Notes: a model not told the origin generated them from the letters alone. A stretch of 62,859 bases of DNA, filler included, from Dicyema japonicum (GCA_011109175.1; 6 parts of 6 records of this genome joined end to end with filler, not necessarily neighbours in it), one strand, 5' to 3'; shown: positions 12,619-23,399, numbered from the whole stretch's first letter. A program made the numbers and translations.

Positions 12619-13686
12619 TCAACTTTTCTTACGCTGAGTAAGGACTACCACCGCCACTATAATTCCAATAGCGAGCAGTAAAATGACGATGCAAATAATC
12701 TTTTTCTGAGGAATTAATGAAGAAAAGAAACCCTTCGAGCACTTATTTGAAAATGCGACTGCTTGCTTAGTATTTTCCTTGGCGGTTGCAACATAGTTGA
12801 CAGTTGCATCCAAGTGGTGGCTAATTAAATCGATCACTTCGCCCTACTCGTAAAAACTCGCCAATAAAACCTGGTCCTCAATTAGCTGAGCAATGTCGGA
12901 GAAAAGCACAGCCATTTCATTTATGCTCTTTTCTAATCGGAGAATCTCATTCTGACGGGCTATCACAGAATTGAGGTATATTTGGTCTCTGTCCATTACA
13001 ATCCCCTGAGAGAAGAGCATTGGACTGCCCGACTGGATCATTTCTTCGAGTACTTCCTCGCTTACAGTTTTCCCGGCTATGTTTATTATACAGGACACAC
13101 TTATTTGAAGTTGTCGTTGGATCTGCTTTTTGCACTTGTCACGATACTCAACCTGCGCCGCGTTATACGAGTTCATCAAATCAAGGAAGTGGTTGGACGT
13201 GGAGAAATGCTACTTCGCTGTAGGGAAACACCAACTTGAGTCTTCTTAATGCGAAAGTTGGTCGAAGTAGGATTCTTCGACTCTTCTTCCTGCACTTGCG
13301 CAGACATGGCTAAAATAGTCAATATTCACTACTGTTAAGACTGTTCTTGACTTTATTGGCTATGCATTTTACTTCGGTCATCATTTCCTCTAGTCTGGGC
13401 GCGCTTTCTTTCCAAATTAATCAACCTCGGAAACCTCCATCCTTTTCACTCGAGGTTAATATCTCTTTATGAAACTTTTAATTTTCTCAATGGAAGCTTC
13501 CATCCTGTCCAGCAGATCTCGACATGTCTTCAGCTTGAGACATAATATGTTGTAATCAAACCTCTGCAAAAAATTCTTTCATTTCCGGAGTTGTCTCTGG
13601 TTCTGCCGCTTGCATGAATGGATTTTTAGATTCCTGCGATAAATTTTAACAAATACATTCAAGTCGTGAAGTCTATCTCTCCCCAT
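12619..13686 (-). CDS. STX1: Syntaxin-1-like plasma-membrane Qa-SNARE, 9 exons, about 287 aa
   Basis: Spliced model: MGRDRLHDLN|ESK..MKEFFAE|LKTCRDLLDRM..ANKVKNSLN|T..FRIKKTQ|HF..YRDKCKKQIQRQLQI|TGKTVSEEVLEEM..IEDQ|GEVIDLI..ARR|KKIICIVILLLAIGIIVAVVVL (TM anchor). GT-AG introns: 13634-13656, 13534-13561, 13408-13434, 13310-13332, 13210-13235, 13077-13100, 12844-12870, 12706-12731. They match syntaxin-1 intron positions and phases as I recall them. The model needs two single-base homopolymer corrections (13476-13479 and 12750-12753). Confidence 0.92.
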
Positions 13687-14334
13687 TCAAATTGGATCAC
13701 CTCAATGTAAATTTAAATACTATTTTTATTTTACAAAAATTTAGTTATATTTTGTTATCATTAGAGTATAGATTATAATTATTTTTAAAGAAAATTAAAT
13801 AATACATTTAATTTACAAAAATATTTGTAATTATTTTTGTTGAAGTCAGTCGCTATCTGTTTTCTCGGGTTAACCAACTAAAAGTGATTTTAATACCCGG
13901 GTATGAAAATGCTCCTCTGAAAAAAATTGGATATTCTTGGAAGTTTTTTTTTGGCACTGAAGATCAATCATAAATACTCAAACTAATTTTTTGGAAGAAG
14001 CTTAAACTCCTCGATAAAGAAATACCTTAACATAGAAAAGCCTTAACACAGAAGACCAAACTACGTACAGTCTTCCCTCTATTGCTCGCCATTTTTGGGA
14101 CCAAGCCAAAATTGGCGACTAAGAGAATTTGGCGAGTAAGAGAAATAATCAATATCCTATCTTCTATCAAAAAGAAAATTTTCTATAATTTTTAATTTGA
14201 GTGATTCTAAACATTTAAATAAATATCTGAAACATTTGTTGAAAAAAACCAAGATTTTAAGTAAAGTAATCATTAATAGTTTTTTTTGACTGATCTTTTC
14301 TCTATATTTTTTGCATTTTTATTAAACTTTCAAG

Positions 14335-16986
14335 AGTCCATAATTAAAATATCATCTGCGTAAATGATCATCTCCATGTTAGGGAGATCCACTTGAGGAA
14401 TGTCGCACATCACACAATTAAATAAAAGTGGACTGATGACAGATCCCTGTGGAACTCCTCTCTTAAGCAGAATTCTCTTCGACAATTGGTTTCCAACCCG
14501 TACAAACGATTCTCTTCTCGATAGGAAACTCCTTATCCAAACCAAGGCTGTCTTTCCAACGTTAAAATTGTATAAAGTTCGTAATAGCCCGGCATGCCAG
14601 ACGCTATCAAATGCTTTTGATATGTCTAGACAAGCAGCCGTAAGATATTCTTTTTTCCTTTGTGCTGTAAATATAGCCTCCTTTAGCAGGGAAAAGCAAT
14701 TTCCAGTGCCCCGGTTACGCCGAAATCCCAATTGTTCTTGCAAGAGATACTGTTTATCCTCAATATAATTTGATAGTCTTTTAAAGACAATTCTTTCCAT
14801 GATTTTTGAGATAGAACATATGAGGCTGATTGGCCTGTAATTTGCAGGATCAGAACTCGGTTTTCCTTTTTTCGGAATCATGCGAACAATTGTCCTCTTC
14901 CATGTTTGAGGCACGTGTCCGATCATCCACGAAGAGTTAAATAACTGCCATAGTCCGCATAATAAATGGCATTTCCGCCTTTTTGAAGACAATCATCGGC
15001 ATGTAGTCCCAACCAGGGGATTTATTTTTGCATCCGCGTATCGCTAACTTGACTTCTTCATAGAAATAGCTCCACATAATGGCCCCTCCGTAACCGATGG
15101 CAGATCCCAAAACACGTACAATTTTGTACAGCCTGTGGGATCATCGACAACGGATCCACTTCTTGATCCTAGCTAGCTGCTCCTTTAACTTCTCAGGTAT
15201 TTCCTCCTTGGAATCAGATTGCCTTCAGTGGACTTGAGTTTTATCTCCCCACCCTTTTTATCAGAACTCATCTTCGAGAAAATTTTCCAAAAGTTCGGAT
15301 TTTTAGGGGAGAGTTTAGAGCATTCTTTTTTCCAGCTCTCCTCTACTATATTCTTAGATAATTCCTCTGCCAAATTATTAATCGATTTGATTCTTTGTTT
15401 GAGGAAGATCGCGTCTTGCGGATCCCAACACCGCTTTAATTTACTCTCCAAGTTTCTTTTTTCGCAAAGTAGTTCAGATTGCTCTTCATTTATCAATCGG
15501 TTTTTGTACGAGAAGAGAAACCTCTTTTTTCCATAGTCCTCCAAGTAACTTAGAATAATATTTCTCATTCTCTCATCCAAATGATTATCTCGTCGAGATT
15601 TAGTATTTTAGATTCTTGAGTATTTGCCAATTTTATAGACATATAAAAATTGAAGTGATCCCAATCAATGTTGCTTATATTATAACCAAGAAATACATCC
15701 TCAGTGGGAACTGTTTCCGTTCGTAATTTCATCGTTTGCGGAAGATGGTCACTCCCCACATCATTTTCAACATAAGGCCGGTCACACAGACCACTTAAGG
15801 CAGGGGTGGCCAACCAGTCGATCGCGATCGACTGGTCGATCTCGGCGCATTTCTTGGTCGATCGCCTTCGAATTAATTTTTTATTTATTTCGCATTTTGA
15901 TCGCGGTGCATTTCTTGGTCGATCGATCGCCTTCGATGTATAAATTGCTAATTATATTTTTGTATTTAGAAAGATTTTTGACGTTTAACCAAGAAAAATT
16001 GAAATAGAAATTATAAATCTAAAAAATGACCTCATTTTAAAATCGCGGCAACGCACACTGCGTCCTTGCCGCTGGGCATGTAAATTAATTCACGTTTTTC
16101 TTTTATTTGTTTCATCTTTTAAAATCATATTCAAATGTCAACATGTGGAGATTTTATGTCTCTAGAAAAATATCCAATTTTGATTGATTTGTATCAACGA
16201 ATTCTTTCATGCTTTGGAAGCACATATTTATTCTGAAAATCATTTTCAAGAATGAAAATGATAAAATTTCAATACAGGACCCGTTTAACGGATGACCATC
16301 TTGGGGATTGCATGAGAATAGCAATAAGCTCATACGAGCCAGAATTCTAAATAATCGCAAGATAATTACAATGCCAAAAATCCCATTAACTTTTAATTAT
16401 AAAATAAAAATTTTGTTATTAAAATATATAAGTCGATCGCCAAAAAATCGCAATATAAAAAGTAGCTCGCCGGTGAAAAAGGTTGGCCACCCCTGGCTTA
16501 GGCATTTGCAACAATAAACAATCCTAATCGATCACCACTTTGCTGCTGAAAGTGGTTGAGCTCTTCAGACGTAAAGACTTGAAAGTTTGAAGATTTTTTA
16601 ATCTCGAATAAACAATTTCCGTCCTGATTTGACTTTACACACCCATATGCAGTATGCTTAGCGTTCAAGTCTCCAACGAGAATTGGATGTTCACATCCTT
16701 CCATAAAATTTTTGACAATCGACGAATAGTCTTTCAACCTTTTGGAGTAAATACCCCCAACGGTTATCCATCCAATAGAAGTTTTTAGATCAATTGATGC
16801 TAATTCACATACATTCTGTTCAATTATTTTTGGATTCCGAGTATCAATAGACTTTTTGTAAAATATTGATGTTCCTGTGCCAGCGTTAGCACCAGGATAC
16901 CAAGGAATATCAATTGAGCTGTATCCAGGAATAGTGATACTTCCAACCTTCTTCATTTTCGTCTCGTTGATGATAAATACATCCAT
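14335..16986 (-). pseudogene. LINE ORF2 (APE endonuclease and reverse transcriptase), disrupted
   Basis: DVFIINETK, VGDLNAKH, GSDHLP (APE); NYRPISL, LDISKAFDSVWH, GVPQGSVISPLLFN, YADD (RT). Disrupted by frameshifts and a MITE. Confidence 0.92.
15801..16495. mobile_element. Non-autonomous hAT element (MITE), 695 bp
   Basis: Perfect 15-bp TIRs CAGGGGTGGCCAACC / GGTTGGCCACCCCTG. Degenerate 8-bp TSD acttaagg (15793-15800) versus gctta-gg (16496-16502). GTCGATCG subterminal repeats. Removing it restores the ORF2 frame (ANALSGLC). Confidence 0.92.
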
Positions 16987-17044
16987 CTGAACTGTGCTGA
17001 TAAGAGCTATCAGCTCTGCTGCCCGCTTTCGAAGAGAACGGGCA

Positions 17045-18016
17045 TTAACCAGGGTAATCCTGGTTACATTTGTTTATTTGGTGGCTGCTTCCCTCTTTTA
17101 GGAGAGCCACCAAACCGAGTAAAAGCTTGGCATCCTTTTTAGTTCTGGTCACATCCTTAATAGACCTTTCGAGCTCACTGATTAAATCAGCTCGAGGTCG
17201 ACACGTCATTGACCCATCTCCTGAAGTCGACAAAGTCTGCACAGCCGAGTGAGATATAGTCGTTTCCTCGGTCTGTATTCCAATTTCTGCTGTTTTCCTA
17301 ACTCTTGGAACGTTCCATCCTTCTCATGGCTTCACGGCTGAATTTTCCATGTCTGTTTGGTCGGATTTGTCATTCTCCGAAGCTTCTTTTAACAGTTTCT
17401 GCGCCAATATTTTCTTATTCTTTAGCTTTGAAGCTTCTTTAGCTTTTTCACAGCCCCGATAATTTGCCAAGTGGTCCGGAGAACCGCAGTTGACACATTT
17501 TTTCATGTCAGCTTCCTTGCAATCTGTTCCAGCATGTGTGCCCGAGCAGAATAGACATTTCTCCTGATTTTTACAGAAGCGTGCTATGTGCCCAAACCCT
17601 TGGCATCGATAGCACTGAACTTCCGGTTTTCTGTACCACTCGACCTTTACATTTGAAAAGCCGATCTTTAGCCCCAATCGTACAAGCGATTGAGCTTCTC
17701 CATGATCAAAAGTTACCATTTTAATGATAGGCAGTCTCACTCCCCTTCTTTCAAAGCGTTCGAGAGTCGTTTTTCCTTTCACTTTGCCCTTCAGGAAGTC
17801 TTCGAGTTCCTCAATTTCGATCCAAGTTGGGACATTCTTTAGAATTATTGCCACTGGCCCAAATTTCTTATTTTGGAGAGAATGGCCTTCCTCTCCAAAA
17901 GGTTTGCTTTCTTCTAATTCATTTCGAAAGGTTTCCACATCTTTTTCGATTTTGAAATTCAGTAGAAACTCTCCTGACTGTCGGCGAGAAACTCGTGCCT
18001 TTTTGATCGATTTCAT
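17045..18016 (-). CDS. LINE ORF1 (gag-like nucleic-acid-binding protein), probably 5'-truncated and frameshifted
   Basis: CYRCQGFGHIARFC, CLFCSGTHAGTDC and CVNCGSPDHLANYRGC knuckles after an RRM-like IILKNVP region. The frame is open up to the inversion junction. Confidence 0.85.
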
Positions 18017-18027
18017 GTTGCATAACG

Positions 18028-18566
18028 TATTTTAATTATGGACTCTTCTATGAGCAAGTCAATATCATGGAAAAGAACTCATTGTCATATTGAAAAAATT
18101 GCCAAGTGGTGCAAGGATAAAGGCTTGTCCTTATCCTATGAAAAAAGTACTGTTTTGCTGGATTGGCAAGAACCGGAGGAAACATGGCCTTTGTATTAAC
18201 ACTGGAGTTATAAAATCCATGGAAAATCTAAAATATCTCGGAGTAGTAGTGGATGCATCTGGATCATTTAAAACTCATATAATCAACAGAAAGAACAAAG
18301 CTACTGCAATGCTGAAAGCTCTCACACGATTTCGGTTGAAACCGGAAACGTTCCTATACGTATACTCTGCGTGTATAGAGCCTTTTCTGGTCTATGGTTT
18401 TCAAGGATGGTTCGAAAGCTGTGAAGGAAAGAAACACGTTCAACTTTTGGATAAAACGCGGAGATATGCCATTAAATTGGCGCATGGCTTGGATCTAAAA
18501 TCCAAACTAACCCAGAGCTGGAGGGATCTGTACGATCCATTGAAAAATGTTGCACCACTTAAATAA
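18028..18566 (+). pseudogene. 3' part of LINE ORF2 (RT thumb), forward arm
   Basis: LIMDSSM..KWCKDKGLSLSYEK, one frameshift, then LKYLGVVVD..LYVYSACIEPFLVYG. Confidence 0.85.
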
Positions 18567-20045
18567 ATAGTGGTGCAAGGGGTCATCATTTCGTAGAAGG
18601 GACATCTGGTGTCCCATTACAGTAGACCCCAATCAGCAAACAAACTCGGTTCTCTCTTCCCCTTGGTCGCGTTCGGCTCTTCTCCTTCTCCTCCTCTCTT
18701 AATTTAGTGACGAGTTTGTTATATGGAAAATAAAAAATTCTATTCTATTATTCTATTCTTTAACTTTCAAGCATATTCACATTAAAATGATCGTCATGGG
18801 AAAAATATTTTTGAGGTCCGAAACACTTTTTATCGCGTCTCGATGTGTAATACATTTGTTTCTTTCACAATTGAACTGTCTAAATTGTCATTTTCATCGT
18901 TATTGTTTTGTAGAAATTCATGAAGTTCGTCATTTTCAGAGTACGTAAAGTCTATAAACTCCTCTTCTTTTATGGATCTGAGATCATTAATTTATCTAAT
19001 AATTTGTTCAAAATTTTTTATTTTATGGTCTCCCTTAATAGGTTCTTCAATGCTTTTTTCCCATTTGGCGTGCTGAAAACATTTTGATATTGTATCCACC
19101 GACACATTTTTCCAGGCAAGATAAGAAAATAAGACTCCATCTTTAGCGTTAATTTTTTATAGCATTCAATATTTGCTTCACTTAATTTATTTTTTATTAT
19201 ATGTTTAAATTTAAATTTGTTGAAATGGATTTGAATGATCTAATGATTCCTTGATCCATCGGTTGAAGCACAGTAGTCGTGTTTTTTGGCAAATATAAAA
19301 CTTCTATCATACTTAATTCGATTGCTATTTTATGAGAAGGACAATGGTCTACAACCAAAAGTATCTTTCTTTGTTTTGTTTGAGAGTTTTATTCCAATTA
19401 TACAACCATTCATTAAATATTTCTGTTCATCCAAGCCTTTGAAGAATTGTGGTATTGTAAATACTCATCAACGTTCAAGTTTTTGAAACACCTTGGTTTC
19501 TTAACTTTCCGATCATCAATGGGGTTCTTTTATCAGATCCAGTCATATTTGCCCAAAGCATTAATGAAAATCTGAAATTGGCTAAAAAATGTTAAACCTA
19601 TCTTTAAGTAATTTTTGTCCTGGTCGGTGTTTCCTGCAGACACTTTTTGATGGAATGTTCTTGTAAAAACGCCTGTTTCGTCGGCATTATAAACATTTTC
19701 GGACCGTATTCATTTATTTTTGAAGATAATTTTTTTTAAGTCTTCGATTCCGTCTTTGAACTCATCCACAGTATATCCCAATTCACCATGAAAAATTCTA
19801 GTTTTATATTGTGCCTTTTTTAACTTTTCAAGCCATCCTTTACTGGATTTAAATTCAGAGACCGTTTAACGCAGCAAATTCAGCTGCTTTTGAGTTTCGA
19901 AAAACGAGAACTTCTCCCATAAATTGGATTAATTCCAAGAATCTTCTGTTTGTTCAATTTAAGATCGTTAATTGCACGTCTCAAAATTGATTTTTTGAAA
20001 CGCGACGAAAAAATTTCTGAAACACGTCTTAAACTCAGAGAAGAG

Positions 20046-20489
20046 TTATTTATTTATTTACCCCCCGGGCCCTTCAATTGAAGGAAACCGGTGGCTAACA
20101 AGAACGTTAATGCCAATGTCGGACGCTCCCAGAGATCCCGATCGTGATCCGGTGTTCCGAGGAAGCAGAAGGCGGGCCTGGACAGGAGAAAAGGTCACTG
20201 AGGGAATAGGAAGGGATGGATTCAGCAAGACCGATTTTTTGACGATAATTGTGTAGGCCAATATGATGGCCACAGCGGAGACGAGCCAAGTTCACTCGGG
20301 CTTCTCTCGAGAGGGAGGATTCGACGTTGTTAATTGGCGGCGGAAGGCGTCCCAGAAGCTTGTTTATTCCAAGACATCTGATTGCCCTCGTAGCTACCAA
20401 GTCGTGAATTCTCTTCTGGTTTATGTCCGGAGGAAATGGTATAAGCATGCGGATTTTGTCCGCGAGGGTCGGAATTATTCTCCTGTTAT
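20046..20489 (-). mobile_element. I/Ingi/Nimb-like LINE 3' end, cut by a contig join
   Basis: LSREARVNLARLRCGHH..Y..KIG..DLFSCP is a typical I-group C-terminus. The tail is ggggggtaaataaataaataa. Confidence 0.75.
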
Positions 20490-20589
20490 NNNNNNNNNNN
20501 NNNNNNNNNNNNNNNNNNNNNNNNNNNNNNNNNTTAATTAATTAANNNNNNNNNNNNNNNNNNNNNNNNNNNNNNNNNNNNNNNNNNNN
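20490..20589. other. Artificial contig-join linker
   Basis: 44 N + TTAATTAATTAA + 44 N. Confidence 0.97.
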
Positions 20590-20599
20590 TAGTTTTACA

Positions 20600-21090
20600 G
20601 TTTTAATCAATCTCCATAAAAAGGAAGGTTTCTCCGTACAACCACGATGGGAGGATATTGGGGAGTGTTTAAAAGCTTTGAGAAGTCCAATTTAAGTTTT
20701 GATACTAGAGATTACCAAGTCCACTTGATGTGTGAATAAAAGGTGGGGATCCAGAATGACTCCCAAGATTAAAAATGTCTTCTTAATGGGAATCAGTAAT
20801 CGTATAATTTTACTGTAATGTTGTCCGTCAAAATATCGGGAATAACTAAGGAATTTGATCTTCACAAAGTACACAGTAATTCAAAATCAGAGATTCTATC
20901 AGGATTGACTCAATTTATCCCTGTGTGTGGGTTCCGCAACGTGTATTGTTAAAAATTCGAAAAGGAAAAAGTACTGTGATATTGGAGGTCGGTTCACCTT
21001 CAGCATATCTCCGTTGAGATGTCTGGTGTGCTTGTCCCTAGCACAACAAAGTTTATCGAGCGGGTTGCATAGTTAAGGAAGGGGGAGCTA
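20600..21090 (-). mobile_element. Decayed LINE RT fragment
   Basis: FLILGVILDPHLLFTHQV (ORF 20692..20874) resembles the KYLGVILD thumb motif. Confidence 0.5.
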
Positions 21091-21492
21091 AAGTTGGGCT
21101 CGTAATCATGAGAGGTAACTCCTATTACGTGCTCAATGCCTGCAGCCCATAATGGAGACCTAAATGGCGACCGAAATGAGAAAAAATATAATAATACTCT
21201 CTACTTTAGTTAAACTGACAGCTCAGGAGATTAAAACTATGAAACTATTCTTAATTGTCTTGTCGGATATGTCTTCCAAAATCATTTTTACAAAAAAAAG
21301 ATCGTATCGTTAAGTCAACTTTTGCAAGAATTGTATAGTGAGATATTATGAGTTTCCAATAAGTCTGTCAAATAAAGAAGCTTGCGTCAAGTAAAATGAG
21401 TCTTGATAGAATTTATAATGGCAATATCCATGGGTTAAAGGAAACACGTATTATTTTTAGAAAGAAACAATATTTTGATACATTCTGTGCAG

Positions 21493-21700
21493 ACGAGTGA
21501 CGCCGTCATCAGTGGATACTCACTGCGGAACTGGATTGTCTAGAAAGGACACTCACACAAGAAAAGAAAAAAAATGTGAAGATCATTCCTTGTTCTACGT
21601 TTAGTTAAAATTAACTGTTCTTTACTTGAATAAAATGTGTGTCCTGCCTATGCGGAGCTATAAATATTATGGCTCTCGTGAAAAGGCTATTATTATTATT
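21493..21700 (+). mobile_element. SINE family A, 5'-truncated copy
   Basis: Near-identical to the 3' two-thirds of 25070-25406. (ATT)n tail. TSD attctgtgcag at 21482-21492 and 21698-21708. Confidence 0.88.
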
Positions 21701-22330
21701 CTGTGCAGAGCAGTAATCAACCTACTAAAAAATTGATTATTCGATAAGATTCCTCTAGAATCTATCTCCATCCATTTGGCCTATCATCCAAGCTGTTCAT
21801 GATCATAATATGATCTATAGTCATAATTTCAAAAACATCTATCATTTCAATCAGCTAACTGTTGTCACAAAATAGCATCATTTTCTTTATAATTTACAAT
21901 TTGAGTTTTTTATTGATAGTAAGGTGAGTATAGCGTCCACGAAAAGCATTGGAAGACATGGGTTAATAAAATTATTATTAAAAATTAAATCTTCGATCCA
22001 TATAAAAACTACAGATAACAAAATTTGAAGTGAATTGTATTATCTGTTTATTATAAACTTATTTTACTCAAGTGCACATGAGAACTTAATAAATGTCTAA
22101 ACAGAAGACTTGCCTGACCGTTTCTTGTTTATATATGGTAGAAGAGTACACAGTGAGCGTCGTCCTGAGTGACCTTACTGAGCATCTGTGCATCGTTGGA
22201 AAGTATAAGGGCAATAAACTTGTTAATGCATATAATTTCATAAAAAAATAATTAAATATTTAATTAAAGAATTCATATTTTGGATTCAAAGTGTGAGTTG
22301 GCATGGGACATTCAGCTAAAATTTTAAAAA

Positions 22331-22468
22331 CTCCAGTGGAGTAGGGGAGAGCAAATGATCCTTTTTCGTGCCGGCCTGGCACTGGGCACCACCTAGAAAG
22401 GTGGATCACATGACTCCACTCTAATAGGAAGAGAGGGGAGAAACAGACAAGCAAACAGAAAACTTCAG
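22331..22468 (-). repeat. Repeat family B, partial copy
   Basis: Reverse-complement match to 22785-22915 and 48578-48715. Confidence 0.85.
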
Positions 22469-22767
22469 CACGATAACATTGAATAAGCAAATGAAAATAT
22501 TTAAATTTATAAAATTACATTACGAATAGATTTAACTATTATAACTCACTCAATAAGTTTTTTATAATTATTTTATTTTTAAATTCAAATCATATGATTT
22601 CTATTGGAGGTAGTGAAGATTTGGACTTTTCTGTATTTATTGCTATAAAATAGTGTATACCCGAAAGTGATAATCTTTTTGACTCTTATATGGAAGTAAA
22701 AGCTTATATCATTTACTAGATCGTGAATAATACATTTCCTGAACTATTAAGTCTTTAATCAATTAGC

Positions 22768-23059
22768 TACGTGGTTAATCGGTTGAAGTTTTCTGCTTGC
22801 TTGTCTTTTCACATTAGAGTGGCGTCATGTGATCCACCTGTCTAGGTGACGCCCAGTGCCAGGCCGGCACGAAAAAGGATCATTTGCTCTTCCCCACTCC
22901 ACTGGAGGGGTTTCCACAACTGCATGTAATGGACCTCTTACCTTTTATGCTCATTCCGGATGGACTCTGTTTCTGTAGAAGTGGAAACTGGATACACTTA
23001 ATTAGTTGTTTACTTTAACTTCTTTCTCGGTGTATCCGGGGTTAATAAATAAATAAATT
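22768..23059 (+). repeat. Repeat family B (short non-coding retroposon-like element)
   Basis: About 290 bp, closely similar to 48563-48860. It ends ggggttaataaataaataaa and has no tRNA B box. Confidence 0.85.
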
Positions 23060-23399
23060 AAGTAACGTTGAAAATTTGATAGAACAAAAAACGTCCAACG
23101 AAGAGTTTGAATTTGACTTTCCGAGAGAAAAGCTGCCTATAATACAATATTAATTTAAACTGTTTGCCATGCTTTATATTTTCAAGCAATTCCTTGAAAG
23201 CTGACTACTCCGTTCATATTGAAAAACACACGTGTTTTAACCGTCATTGGATTATGTTCAATCGATGGTTGGTTTGATTGTATATTCAAGTATTACCATC
23301 AGATTTGATATCATTGGTGATATTTCTAAATTTTTTAAAAATCCACGCCAAATCTCAGTCACTTGGTCATTCGTGGACGAATTAGTAGTTGGAAGGGAG

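Larger units (their letters stand above)
14335..18761. mobile_element. I/Jockey-group LINE with inverted 5' arm (14335-18027 minus, 18028-18761 plus)
   Basis: ORF1 with three Cys/His knuckles, APE and RT lie on the minus strand. The RT continues on the plus strand (LIMDS..LKYLGV). The tail is (TTCTA)n-like at 18737-18760. TSD aactttcaag at 14325-14334 and 18762-18771. Confidence 0.9.
14068..20040 (-). mobile_element. pogo/Tigger-type (Tc1/mariner) transposon, interrupted by a LINE
   Basis: Minus-strand motifs FKSSKGWLEK, ENVYNADETG and VLQPMDQGIIRSF. The C-terminal NMLESLIKM..KKTINDYFT reads across the LINE insertion once one TSD is removed. A TA-CAGTCTTCCCTCT TIR-like end sits at 14068. The 5' end is lost at the 20046 element. 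Confidence 0.8.

Noticed and set aside
13470-13485. Programmed ribosomal frameshift or alternative genetic code in syntaxin
   Set aside because: No slippery-site or AAA-TAR context in the required frame. Both host genes translate with the standard code, and homopolymer error is simpler.
15815-15935. Repeated GTCGATCG(C) units as a CRISPR-like or iteron array
   Set aside because: Irregular spacing, no unique spacers, and located just inside a hAT TIR where subterminal transposase-binding repeats are expected.
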